From assembly GCA_016218965.1 (NCBI GenBank), contig JACRCP010000396.1:1-48103 (forward strand): 48,103 nt of DNA, written 5' to 3'. Each line of letters starts with the position of its first letter. The stretch's first letter is position 1. The notes under the pieces are model-generated. The model searched no databases, had not been told where the DNA came from, and worked only from the letters and a program-made list of their open reading frames with translations. Of the stretch, positions 1 to 8,739 are shown piece after piece. The DNA comes from Deltaproteobacteria bacterium. GTDB lineage: Bacteria; Myxococcota; SpSt-1050; JACRCP01. A program made the translations under genes and the position numbers.

Positions 1-155
1 CGATTTGCTACCCGGAAGCGGTTGCCGGTGTGGAAATCTGACCGCCATGATCCGATTGGCTCACGGCGGAACCGTCACGTTGTCACGAGCGCTGACAACG
101 CGCATGTCCGCGAACAGGGGGTTCTTACGGAAGGATCAACAAATTGCCCGACGGG

Positions 156-824
156 TCAGCAGAAACGGAGTCCCCGCCATCGATCCTGTTCGAACCGAAC
201 TTTTTTGCTCCATAGATGGTGGCCCGATTCATCATGTTTCACGACATAGGCATCGCTGTTGCCGACGCTGACAAACCGTTCGCCGCCGAAATCGACGGTA
301 TCGTCGAACGACCCGGTCAAAAAGACGTTGCCCCGAGGGTCACTGGAAACCGAATTTCCCCATGCAGACCCGGTCGATTGAAAATGTTTGCTCCACAAGT
401 GGCCACCATTCGCGTCGAATTTGGCGAGACAGATGCCCGGTGCGACACCGGCTACGATCAGGTCCCCACCTCCGAAGTCCATTGTCCCCTGGCAGGCCGC
501 GGTCAGAAATACACTCCCGGAGGTGTCAGCCGAAACGGAGATGCCTTCATCCCAATCGAATGATCCAAAAGACCTGCTCCAAAGATGGTCGCCGGCTGCG
601 TTGTATTTCGCGAGGAAGGCATCAGAGCTTCCCGCACTGGCGAGTTCCCCCCCGCCGAAGTCCACTGTTGCCTGAAAAAAACCCGTTACGAACAGCGGCC
701 CCGGGGCACTGGGGGTCAGACACTGGCAGTTGGCACATAGATCCCAAGTCTCACGACCTGGGCCAACACTGTGCTGCCCGCGGCGGGCTTCCGGGGGCGA
801 AATTCCTTGACGAAAGCGGACCAT
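156..824 (-). CDS. SBBP (beta-propeller) repeat protein, probably truncated or a remnant. It has no signal peptide.
   Basis: Three tandem ~60-aa repeats of the pattern D..G.hLWSK.FGS...G.SVS.D..GNVFLTG...DFGGG, typical of the SBBP beta-propeller repeat. The first Met at 824 has no secretion signal, and an in-frame stop lies at 903-905 upstream. The ORF overlaps the upstream region of the EF-G-like gene. Confidence 0.4.
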   Translation of the reverse strand: MVRFRQGISPPEARRGQHSVGPGRETWDLCANCQCLTPSAPGPLFVTGFFQATVDFGGGELASAGSSDAFLAKYNAAGDHLWSRSFGSFDWDEGISVSADTSGSVFLTAACQGTMDFGGGDLIVAGVAPGICLAKFDANGGHLWSKHFQSTGSAWGNSVSSDPRGNVFLTGSFDDTVDFGGERFVSVGNSDAYVVKHDESGHHLWSKKVRFEQDRWRGLRFC

Positions 825-883
825 CTGGCATACAAACTGCCCTCCACCCGGCCCCCCGGGGACCGACCAAAGGAGCTCTTTCC

Positions 884-2971
884 ATGGCAGGCAGGGACCC
901 CATCAGGAACATATCGGTGATCGGCTACGACGGCGCCGGCAAGACCGCGTTCACAGAGGCGCTGGCGCGCCTGGGCGCCCCCGATCGCGCGAGCAAGGAC
1001 GGCTCGACTTCGCGGCTGGACCATGAACCGGAGGAAGGCAAGCGCAACTTCTCGGTCACCACCCACGTCACCCACCTCCAGTGGAAAGGCCTCACGATCA
1101 ACGTGCTGGACACGCCCGGCTTCTCGAACTTCCTGACCGAGACCGCCAACATGGCGTCCATGACCGAGGCCGCGGTGATGGTCTGTTCGGCGACCGGCGC
1201 CGCCAAACACCTGACCGAACGTTTCTGGTTCATCGCCGAGGACGCAAAGCTGCCGGTCGCGTTTTACGTGAACCGCATGGACACCGAAAGCGCCAGTCTC
1301 GCGAACGCGGTCAAGGGGATCGAGGCCGAGATCCAGGCGCGGGTGGTGGTGTGCCAGCTCCCCGTCGGCACCGACTCGCTGCACCGCGGTGTCGTGGACC
1401 TTTTCACCGGCAAGGCGTGGATCATCGAGGGCGCGTTCGGGAAGATGGGTGAGAAGGACGTCCCGGCCGACATGAAGGACGAGGTCGCGACCTACCGGAC
1501 CCAGCTCATCGAGTCGATCGCCGAATGCGACGACGAGCTGCTCAACAAGTACCTCGAGGGCACCGAGCCGACGCCCGCGGAACTCGAGGCCGCCTTCGCC
1601 AAGGGGTTCGCCGCCCGCAAGATCTTCCCGCTTTTCTGCGGATCGGCCAAGAAGGGCACGGGGTTGGGCCTCCTCCTTGACTGCGTCGCGCAGTCGTTCC
1701 CCGCCCCCAATGAGCGGGCCGAGTGGGTCGGATCGGATCCAAAGGGCGGCCAGGCCATCATGCGCAAGCCGCTCGCCTCGGAGCCGTTCTCGGCGCTGGT
1801 GTTCAAGACGACCATTGACCGCTTCACCGGCAACGTCTCGTTTCTACGCGTGGTTTCCGGGACGCTCACTACCGACATGGCGGTCTACAACCCCGCGAAG
1901 AGGGTCGAAGAGAAGTTTGCCGGCCTCGCGAAGCTCGACGGGAAAAACCTCGTCCCCGTCAAACAGGCCGCCGCCGGAGACGTCGTCGCCCTGACCAAGC
2001 TCAAGGAAACCCAAACGGGAAACACCCTCTGCGATTCCGCCAGCCCCGTGCTGCTCTCACCGTTCGGCGCGCCGAAACGCGTCATGTCGGTCGCCATCAA
2101 GCCAAGAAACAAGGCCGACGAGGACAAGATGGCGCAGGGGATCCTCAAGCTGGTCGAGGAGGACCCCGTCCTCGAGTACTCGCGGGACCCCGTCACCAAG
2201 GAGGCAATCCTTGCGGCCATGGGGCAGGCGCACATAGAGGTGACCATCGAGAGGCTGCGCCGCAAGTTCGAGGTCGAGGTGTCCTCGTCGCCGCCCAAGA
2301 TCGCGTACCGCGAGACGGTCAAGGGCAAATCCGAGGCCCAGGGAAAGTACAAGAAACAGACCGGCGGGCGCGGGCAGTACGGCGACTGCTGGCTCAAGAT
2401 GGAGCCGCTCGCGCGGGGCACCGGGTTCGAGTTTGCCGACGAGATCTTCGGCGGCTCCATCCCCAAGAACTTCATCCCGGCTGTCCAGAAGGGCGTCGAG
2501 GGAGCGATGCTCGAAGGCCCGGTGGCCGGGTATCCGGTGGTCGACGTCAAGGTGACGGTCTACGACGGCTCGTACCACGACGTGGACTCGTCGGAACTCG
2601 CGTTCAAGATGGCCGGCTCGTTCGGCTTCCAGAACTGCATCGCCGAGGCGAATCCCATCCTCCTCGAGCCGATCATGAAGATCGAGGTGACCATTCCCGA
2701 GGAATACATGGGCGACGTCATCGGCGACCTCAACTCCCGCCGCGGGAAGATCCTCGGCATGGAATCGACGCGGCGCGGAAGCACCATCAGGGCGCTAGTC
2801 CCGCAGGCCGAGATCCTCACGTACTCGCCCGAACTCCACTCCCGAACGCAGGGGCTCGGTTACTACACCATGGAGTTCTCGCACTACGAGGAGACCCCGC
2901 CGCTCGTGGCGGCGAAAGTGAAGGAACAGACCGCCAAGGCCAGGGCTGCAGAGGAAGCGGCGAAGAAGTAG
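884..2971 (+). CDS. Translational GTPase of the EF-G family (EF-G paralog or EF-G-like protein)
   Basis: ATG at 884 with AGGAG 8 nt upstream. G1 P-loop GYDGAGKT, then DTPGF and NRMD G-motifs, and EF-G domain II-V-like sequence through the C-terminus. The long ORF 362..2971 has 174 non-homologous N-terminal codons, so the internal start was chosen. Confidence 0.85.
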   Translation: MAGRDPIRNISVIGYDGAGKTAFTEALARLGAPDRASKDGSTSRLDHEPEEGKRNFSVTTHVTHLQWKGLTINVLDTPGFSNFLTETANMASMTEAAVMVCSATGAAKHLTERFWFIAEDAKLPVAFYVNRMDTESASLANAVKGIEAEIQARVVVCQLPVGTDSLHRGVVDLFTGKAWIIEGAFGKMGEKDVPADMKDEVATYRTQLIESIAECDDELLNKYLEGTEPTPAELEAAFAKGFAARKIFPLFCGSAKKGTGLGLLLDCVAQSFPAPNERAEWVGSDPKGGQAIMRKPLASEPFSALVFKTTIDRFTGNVSFLRVVSGTLTTDMAVYNPAKRVEEKFAGLAKLDGKNLVPVKQAAAGDVVALTKLKETQTGNTLCDSASPVLLSPFGAPKRVMSVAIKPRNKADEDKMAQGILKLVEEDPVLEYSRDPVTKEAILAAMGQAHIEVTIERLRRKFEVEVSSSPPKIAYRETVKGKSEAQGKYKKQTGGRGQYGDCWLKMEPLARGTGFEFADEIFGGSIPKNFIPAVQKGVEGAMLEGPVAGYPVVDVKVTVYDGSYHDVDSSELAFKMAGSFGFQNCIAEANPILLEPIMKIEVTIPEEYMGDVIGDLNSRRGKILGMESTRRGSTIRALVPQAEILTYSPELHSRTQGLGYYTMEFSHYEETPPLVAAKVKEQTAKARAAEEAAKK

Positions 2972-2980
2972 GCACTGCCC

Positions 2981-4375
2981 GTGCAGGACAAGTTCCACGA
3001 TCACTGCGGGGTCTTCGGGATCTTCGGCCACGCCGAGGCCGCGAATCTGACCTACCTTGGACTGCACGCCCTCCAACACCGGGGACAGGAATCGGCGGGG
3101 ATCGTCTCTTCTGACCGCGACCGCCTGTACTCGCACAAGGCGATGGGGCTGGTGAGCGACATCTTCGACGCGCCCCTGCTGGCAACACTCAAGGGCGATA
3201 TCGCCATCGGTCACGTCCGGTACTCGACGACCGGGGGTTCCCACGTCAGGAACGCCCAGCCGTTCGCCGTCGACTTCTCGCTCGGCTCGATCGCCCTGGC
3301 CCACAACGGAAACCTCGTCAACGCCATGGACCTGCGCTACTCGCTCGAACAGCGCGGCTCGATTTTCCAGTCGAGTATGGACACCGAGGTGGTCGTGCAC
3401 CTGATCGCCACCTCGCGCCTGCCGTCGCTGGTGGACCGAATCCGGGAGGCGCTGGGCCTGCTGAAAGGGTCCTACTCGATGCTCTTCCTGACTGAAAAGA
3501 GCATCATCGCGGCCCGCGACCCGCTTGGCATCAGGCCGATGTGCCTGGGCCGGATCAAGAACGCCTGGGTGGTGGCATCCGAAACGACCGCGCTCGACCT
3601 CATCGAGGGCGAGTACGTCCGCGACGTCCAGCCGGGCGAGATGGTCATCCTGGACGAAAAAGGCATGCAGTCGGTCCGTTTCGCTGATCCGGTGCCGCAC
3701 AGGCACTGCATCTTCGAGTTCATCTACTTCGCCCGCCCCGACTCATTCATCTTCGGGCAGGAAGTGTACGGCGTGCGCAAGGCGCTGGGGCACGAGCTCG
3801 CCCGCGAGCACTGCGTCGAGGCCGACATGGTCATGTCGGTCCCCGACTCGGGCACGGTCGCCGCGCTGGGATTCGCCGAGGGGCGCCGGATCCCGTTCGA
3901 AATGGGCCTCATCCGGAGCCACTACGTCGGCCGCACGTTCATCGAGCCGCAGCAGCACATCAGGCATTTCGGGGTAAAACTCAAGTTGAATCCCGTCCGC
4001 AAATTCATCGACGGCAAACGCGTCGTCGTGGTCGACGACTCGATAGTACGGGGGACGACCTCGCGGAAACTCGTGAAGATGGTCCGCGCCGCGGGCGCGC
4101 GCGAGGTTCACGTGATCATCTCGAGCCCGCCCACGGTCTGCCCGTGCTTCTACGGCATCGACACCCCGACCCGGCAGGAGCTCATCGCGTCGAGCCACTC
4201 CATAGACGAGGTCCGGAAGTACATCACCGCCGATTCACTGGGCTATCTCTCGGTCGAAGGGCTCCACCGCGCCGTCGGCAGCAACGGCAACGGTTTCTGC
4301 GACGCCTGCTTCACCGGCAACTACCCCATCAAGTTCGACGACCACCCCTACCCCCGCCAGATGCATTTGTTCTGA
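2981..4375 (+). CDS. purF: Amidophosphoribosyltransferase (glutamine PRPP amidotransferase)
   Basis: N-terminal propeptide followed by CGVFGI (Ntn-hydrolase catalytic Cys) and a PRTase domain with DDSIVRGTT. The C-terminal Cys cluster (CPCFYGID...CDAC) suggests a 4Fe-4S-type PurF. GTG start at 2981. Confidence 0.9.
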   Translation: MQDKFHDHCGVFGIFGHAEAANLTYLGLHALQHRGQESAGIVSSDRDRLYSHKAMGLVSDIFDAPLLATLKGDIAIGHVRYSTTGGSHVRNAQPFAVDFSLGSIALAHNGNLVNAMDLRYSLEQRGSIFQSSMDTEVVVHLIATSRLPSLVDRIREALGLLKGSYSMLFLTEKSIIAARDPLGIRPMCLGRIKNAWVVASETTALDLIEGEYVRDVQPGEMVILDEKGMQSVRFADPVPHRHCIFEFIYFARPDSFIFGQEVYGVRKALGHELAREHCVEADMVMSVPDSGTVAALGFAEGRRIPFEMGLIRSHYVGRTFIEPQQHIRHFGVKLKLNPVRKFIDGKRVVVVDDSIVRGTTSRKLVKMVRAAGAREVHVIISSPPTVCPCFYGIDTPTRQELIASSHSIDEVRKYITADSLGYLSVEGLHRAVGSNGNGFCDACFTGNYPIKFDDHPYPRQMHLF

Positions 4376-4385
4376 ACTTTGGAGT

Positions 4386-4475
4386 GCGGCAGCTTGCTAC
4401 CGCTTTGAATTGAAGCGAGCTTGCTCGCGACACGCGGCAGCAAGCTGCCGCACAAAAGCGCAAGCAAGCTTGCGC
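4386..4475. repeat. Array of four tandem 14-18 bp perfect or near-perfect palindromes, with core GC(G/R)NAGC-WW-GCTNCGC, immediately 3' of purF
   Basis: GCGGCAGCTTGCTACCGC at 4386-4403, GCGAGCTTGCTCGC at 4415-4428, GCGGCAGCAAGCTGCCGC at 4434-4451, GCGCAAGCAAGCTTGCGC at 4458-4475. The last two recur almost identically at 40977-41021. Confidence 0.6.
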
Positions 4476-4579
4476 ACTCCAAACGCGGCGTCGCACTTGC
4501 GGGAGCGCCCGGAGTTGTATAGACTGCCCGCAGCCCGAAGGTCGAGCGACCGAAACTGCGGTTTCAAGGAGGCGCGGGG

Positions 4580-5113
4580 ATGGTGATCTTTTTGACGATC
4601 TGCGCGGTGGGGTTCACGATCCTGCTGGTGTCGCTCCTGCTCGGCGAGATCGCGGACCACGGCGGGGAGCTGCTGCACGACATCGGCGGCGACCATGACG
4701 CCCTCGAGACCTCCGGCCCGAGCTTTTTCAGCCTGAGGATGATGGCAAGCTTCGTCACCGGGTTCGGCGGCGCGGGGGCCATCGGGCGCCACCTCGATCT
4801 GTCGTACTTCGCGAGCTCGGCCGTCGGCCTCGGCGGCGGCATGGCGATCGCCGGGCTCGTGTACGTCGTCGTGAGCTTCGTCTACAAGCAACAGGCATCC
4901 AGCACCGTCGTGGTCTCCCAGCTGGTCGGGAAGATCGCCAAGGTTTCTATCACGATCCCCGCCGGGGGCGTCGGGCAGGTAACGCTGCCCGCCAAAGGCT
5001 CGACGATGACCGTAATGGCAAGGGCTCAGGACGGCGCGGAGATCGAGTATGGCTCCGTCGTCGTGGTGAAGGAAGTGGTGGGGGACCAGATCACAGTTGC
5101 AAGACAACCTTAG
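4580..5113 (+). CDS. NfeD-like membrane protein, the partner of an SPFH/flotillin protein
   Basis: ATG at 4580 with AAGGAGG RBS. N-terminal TM helices and a C-terminal OB-fold-like segment (KVSITIPAGGVGQVTL...VVVVKEVVGDQITV), directly upstream of a flotillin gene. Confidence 0.75.
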   Translation: MVIFLTICAVGFTILLVSLLLGEIADHGGELLHDIGGDHDALETSGPSFFSLRMMASFVTGFGGAGAIGRHLDLSYFASSAVGLGGGMAIAGLVYVVVSFVYKQQASSTVVVSQLVGKIAKVSITIPAGGVGQVTLPAKGSTMTVMARAQDGAEIEYGSVVVVKEVVGDQITVARQP

Positions 5114-5126
5114 GGAGGACAGCACA

Positions 5127-6917
5127 ATGCAGGCACGGATGCGGATTTTCGTGGTTTTCGGAACATTCCTGACCGTCGCGTTCGCCGCCTCAGAGGCGGC
5201 GGCGGAGTCGGCGGTCGAGGCGTTTAACCTGTCGGCCCTGTTCATACCGGTCATCGTCCTCGTCTGTGTTCTGGCGACGATCATCGCAATCGCGATATTC
5301 CTCCGGAACTACGTCAAGGTCCCGCCCAACCAGGTCGCGGTAATCTCGGGACGAAAGCGCTCGCTCGCCGACGGCTCGGCGGTCGGATTCCGGCTCGTGA
5401 GCGGCGGCGCGACGTTCCGCTGGCCGTTTCTCGAGATCGCCCACTACATGAACCTCGAGGTCATCAGCATCCCGGTCTCGACCAAGAACGTCATTACCAA
5501 GGAGGGCGTGCCGCTCAACGTCGATGCCATCGCCAACGTGAAGATCGGCGGCGACGAGAGTTCGATGGGCAACGCCGCCGAGCGGTTCCTCGGGATGCAG
5601 GCCGACGAGATGCGGCACATCGTCGAGAACACGCTCGAAGGACACCTCCGGGCGATCTGCTGCACGCTCACCATCGAGCAGATCAACTCGGACCGGCAGA
5701 AGTTCGCCCAGCAGATGATCACCGAGGCGGCCGACGACCTGCGGCGCATGGGGATTGTCATTGACGCGCTCGTCGTCCAGCATATCCAGGACGAGCAGGG
5801 ATACCTCGAATCTCTCGGCAAGAAGCGCACCGCCGAGGTCAAGCGCGACGCCGAGATCGGCCAGGCCGAGGCCGGCCGTGACGCGGCGATCCGCACCGCC
5901 GAGGCCCAGCGCGACGCCACCAAGAAGGGGACCGACGCCCAGCGCGAGGGCGCGGTGACAAGGAACAAGAACCTCGAGGAGATCGCCCAGGCGGAAAGGA
6001 ACCTCAAGGTCAAGCAGGCCCAACTCCAGTCCGAGATCGCGGCGGAAGAGGCGGTCAGGGACCAGGCCGGCCCCAAGTCGAAGGCCGAATCCGAGAAGGC
6101 GGTGCTTGTCGCCCAGGTCGACGCGCAGAAGGCCAAGATCGAGGCCGAGATCACGCTCCAGCAGAAGCTCGCCGAACGCACCCAGCAGGAACTTCAAGCC
6201 ACCGTTATCCGCCAGGCCGAGGCCGGGCGGCAGAAGGCGCTCATCGACGCCGAGGCGTACCAGACTGCCACGGTCGTCAGGGCCCAGGGCGACCGCGATG
6301 CGGCCATCACCAAGGCCGAGGCGGGCAAAGAGGTCGCCGTGCGTGAGGGTCAGGGCGAGGCGTCCAAGATCAAACAGATTGGCGAGGCCGAGGCGGCCAG
6401 GACCCGGGCGGTCATGCTGGCCCAGGCCGAGGGTGAATCGGCCCAGATCAGGCAGAAAGGCGAGGCCGAGGGCGCCGCGATCCGCGCGAAACTCCTGGCC
6501 GAGGCCGAGGGGACGCTCAAGAAGGCCGAGGCGATGCGCCAGATGGAGGAGGCCGCCAAGCTCATGTTCATCCTCGACCGCCTGCCCACGGTGATTGATT
6601 CGGCGGGCGAGGCGGCCGCCAAGGCCCTGACGCCGGCATTCCAGGCGGTCGGCAGCGGGATGGCGAGCATCGACAAGGTCACTATCATCGAGACGGGAGA
6701 CGGAAGCGGCCAGGGCGGCGTGGCCAGGTTCGCGAGCACGGCGCCGACGGTATTCTTCCAGGTCCTCCAGCAGGCCCGGGCGTTGGGCCTCGACCCGACG
6801 ACTCTGTTCGACAAGCTCGGCGTGAAGGTCGTCGAAAATCTCGGCGTCGAACAGGCTGTGAAGTCGGCGATTCCAACGGTCAGGGAAACAGCCGCTCCGC
6901 CGGCCAAAAAGGCCTGA
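5127..6917 (+). CDS. Flotillin-like SPFH/band-7 domain protein
   Basis: ATG at 5127 with AGGGAGG RBS. A TM hairpin, then an SPFH domain and a long Ala/Glu/Gln-rich coiled-coil (EA repeats) typical of bacterial flotillins (YqiK/FloT-like). Confidence 0.85.
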   Translation: MQARMRIFVVFGTFLTVAFAASEAAAESAVEAFNLSALFIPVIVLVCVLATIIAIAIFLRNYVKVPPNQVAVISGRKRSLADGSAVGFRLVSGGATFRWPFLEIAHYMNLEVISIPVSTKNVITKEGVPLNVDAIANVKIGGDESSMGNAAERFLGMQADEMRHIVENTLEGHLRAICCTLTIEQINSDRQKFAQQMITEAADDLRRMGIVIDALVVQHIQDEQGYLESLGKKRTAEVKRDAEIGQAEAGRDAAIRTAEAQRDATKKGTDAQREGAVTRNKNLEEIAQAERNLKVKQAQLQSEIAAEEAVRDQAGPKSKAESEKAVLVAQVDAQKAKIEAEITLQQKLAERTQQELQATVIRQAEAGRQKALIDAEAYQTATVVRAQGDRDAAITKAEAGKEVAVREGQGEASKIKQIGEAEAARTRAVMLAQAEGESAQIRQKGEAEGAAIRAKLLAEAEGTLKKAEAMRQMEEAAKLMFILDRLPTVIDSAGEAAAKALTPAFQAVGSGMASIDKVTIIETGDGSGQGGVARFASTAPTVFFQVLQQARALGLDPTTLFDKLGVKVVENLGVEQAVKSAIPTVRETAAPPAKKA

Positions 6918-6920
6918 GCG

Positions 6921-7376
6921 ATGCCCGCGGAAGAGCAAACACCGCGTGAGCAACGGGGGCGTCGGACGGACGCGCTGGTCGTCCAATGTTCGAGTTTCGA
7001 GTACCGTCCGTACTTCGAGAGCTTCGTCCTCCACAAGCTGGGCATCCACGAGTATGACCTGCTGGCCGTCCCCGGCGGAATCCAGGTCCTCACGATGGCC
7101 AACTACGTCCCGAAATTCGCATCGCTCCCGAGGCAGTGGCTCGAGTTCATGTTGAAAAAGCACGGCCTCATGCGGATCATCGTCTTCGGCCACGAGGATT
7201 GCGCCTGGTACAAGGACTTCCGCTGGGGACCGATTCACGTTGACCTTCGAAGGCGCCAGCAGAGCGATCTCGTTGCGGTCGCCTCTGACCTCCGCGAGCA
7301 GTACCACGTGCAGGTGAACGCCTTCTACGGCCGGCCTGATGAAGCGGGGAAGGTAGATTTCGAAATGGTGGTGTGA
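6921..7376 (+). CDS. Hypothetical protein, with a possible divergent beta-carbonic-anhydrase-like Cys/His/Cys arrangement
   Basis: ORF begins 4 nt after the flotillin stop. Cys23 (VVQCSS), then His101-x2-Cys104 (FGHEDCAW) with spacing like beta-CA zinc ligands, but the CxDSR dyad is not conserved. Confidence 0.5.
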   Translation: MPAEEQTPREQRGRRTDALVVQCSSFEYRPYFESFVLHKLGIHEYDLLAVPGGIQVLTMANYVPKFASLPRQWLEFMLKKHGLMRIIVFGHEDCAWYKDFRWGPIHVDLRRRQQSDLVAVASDLREQYHVQVNAFYGRPDEAGKVDFEMVV

Positions 7377-7379
7377 CGC

Positions 7380-8717
7380 ATGAGAACCGCAGCGTTGTTC
7401 GTAGTGGCGTTGCTGCTGGCCTCCTGCGCGGGCGAGTCCGAGACCTCCACGGACGCCGGCTCGCGCGATTCCGGCGGAGCCGCCGAAGGGGACTCGGGAG
7501 GCGCGCCGGGGGCCTGCGCGCGTGACGACGACTGCCTCGCGTTCGAGACGTGCGTTGATGGACGTTGCGTGATTCCGGACGTGCCGGACGCGGGGACGCC
7601 TGATTCGTCCGACATGTCAGACACGTCGGACCAGTCCGACACGGGCGTGACGCCCGACACCAACGACGCCGGTTCGCTGGACGGTCCTGATCTGTCCGAT
7701 GTGTCCGACATGTCCGACGTGTCAGACCTGTCCGATGCCGCCGACGCGGGGTTTGACGCCGGCGGCACTGACGGCGGCACCGACGCCGGCCAGGGCACCT
7801 GCCCGGTCGGCGTGACGTGCGTCGATTCATTCCCGTTCGGCGACGACCGCGACACCTCGGCCGAGCCGCCTGGCACGTTCTCGTCGTACTCATGCAAGCC
7901 GACAGTCAACGAGGGCGGGCCGGAGGTGATCTACCGCGTCACCGTTCCGGAGGCGGGGTTCCTTTCGGCGGCCGTGTACGAGGAGAGCGGCGTGGACGTG
8001 GACGTCCACATCCTCTCGGAACTGAACCAGTCTAAGTGCATCGACCGCGGGAATTTCCACGCCCGCGCGGACGTCGAGGCGGGAGTCCACTGGGTCGTGA
8101 TAGACACGTACGTCAGCGGCGGAACTCCCCAGGCCGGGAAGTTCCATGTGGACATCGGCTTCTACGTCCCGTCACGCGGTTCGTGCGCCATGGAGACGGG
8201 CGAGATGCCTCGCGTGGGTGACGGCGGCAATCATCTTCAAATGCCGGCCACCGGGCCGATGGTCCTCGAGGCGCACCTTGTCACGCAGGAAGAGTCTTAT
8301 CGGCCCGCTTCCTCGACACAGCACCTGACCGAGCACTACGCCCTCTCGCAGACGGAGACGGGTTTCGTGATGTATCGCGAGGAGGTCTGGGCGCCGCTCG
8401 AGGGCGGGAGTTTTTACGGCGCGGGGATCGGTGATCCGTCCCTGTTCCCCGTTCTGCACGAGGGTTGGTACGTCAACATGTACTGGACCGCGGCCGCCCG
8501 CCCGTCCCGCGGGACGAGAATGATCCTCAAGGACCCGGATTCGTCCCATGCGGTCGTCGTGGCGGCCGGATACGAGACCGGCCCCGGTGATCTCTCGAAC
8601 ATCGGCGGGACGCCCGAAGAGACTCATTTCTTTTTGCGCACCGGCCACGAGAGCACCCTGACGCTCGGCATCGCGGCCGACCAGACCCTGCCTTACGGCC
8701 CGCGCGTGTGCGAGTAG
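7380..8717 (+). CDS. Lipoprotein with an N-terminal CxxDDDC motif and a (D-x-S-D)n low-complexity linker, unknown function
   Basis: Signal peptide with lipobox LLASC, then GACARDDDCLAFETCVDGRC, then SDMSDTSDQSD...LSDVSDMSDVSDLSD linker, then a ~300-aa globular domain. Confidence 0.65.
   Translation: MRTAALFVVALLLASCAGESETSTDAGSRDSGGAAEGDSGGAPGACARDDDCLAFETCVDGRCVIPDVPDAGTPDSSDMSDTSDQSDTGVTPDTNDAGSLDGPDLSDVSDMSDVSDLSDAADAGFDAGGTDGGTDAGQGTCPVGVTCVDSFPFGDDRDTSAEPPGTFSSYSCKPTVNEGGPEVIYRVTVPEAGFLSAAVYEESGVDVDVHILSELNQSKCIDRGNFHARADVEAGVHWVVIDTYVSGGTPQAGKFHVDIGFYVPSRGSCAMETGEMPRVGDGGNHLQMPATGPMVLEAHLVTQEESYRPASSTQHLTEHYALSQTETGFVMYREEVWAPLEGGSFYGAGIGDPSLFPVLHEGWYVNMYWTAAARPSRGTRMILKDPDSSHAVVVAAGYETGPGDLSNIGGTPEETHFFLRTGHESTLTLGIAADQTLPYGPRVCE
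7607..7740. repeat. Strand-symmetric TCCGAC/GTCGGA-rich tract encoding (D-x-S-D)n
   Basis: Imperfect hexanucleotide repeats gtccgacatgtcagacacgtcggaccagtccgacac and ctgtccgatgtgtccgacatgtccgacgtgtcagacctgtccgat. They read as SD repeats on both strands. Confidence 0.6.
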
Positions 8718-8739
8718 ACAACAAAAAGAGAGGAGTGCG

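Noticed and set aside
4386-4475. Possible CRISPR array
   Set aside because: The palindromes are not identical direct repeats separated by uniform unique spacers. Only 4 units with 6-12 nt gaps, and no cas genes nearby.
5190-7307. 705-aa minus-strand ORF antisense to the flotillin gene
   Set aside because: The product is Arg/Leu/Gly-rich with no domain signature. It lies opposite a gene with clear flotillin homology. Long stop-free antisense frames are expected at this GC content.
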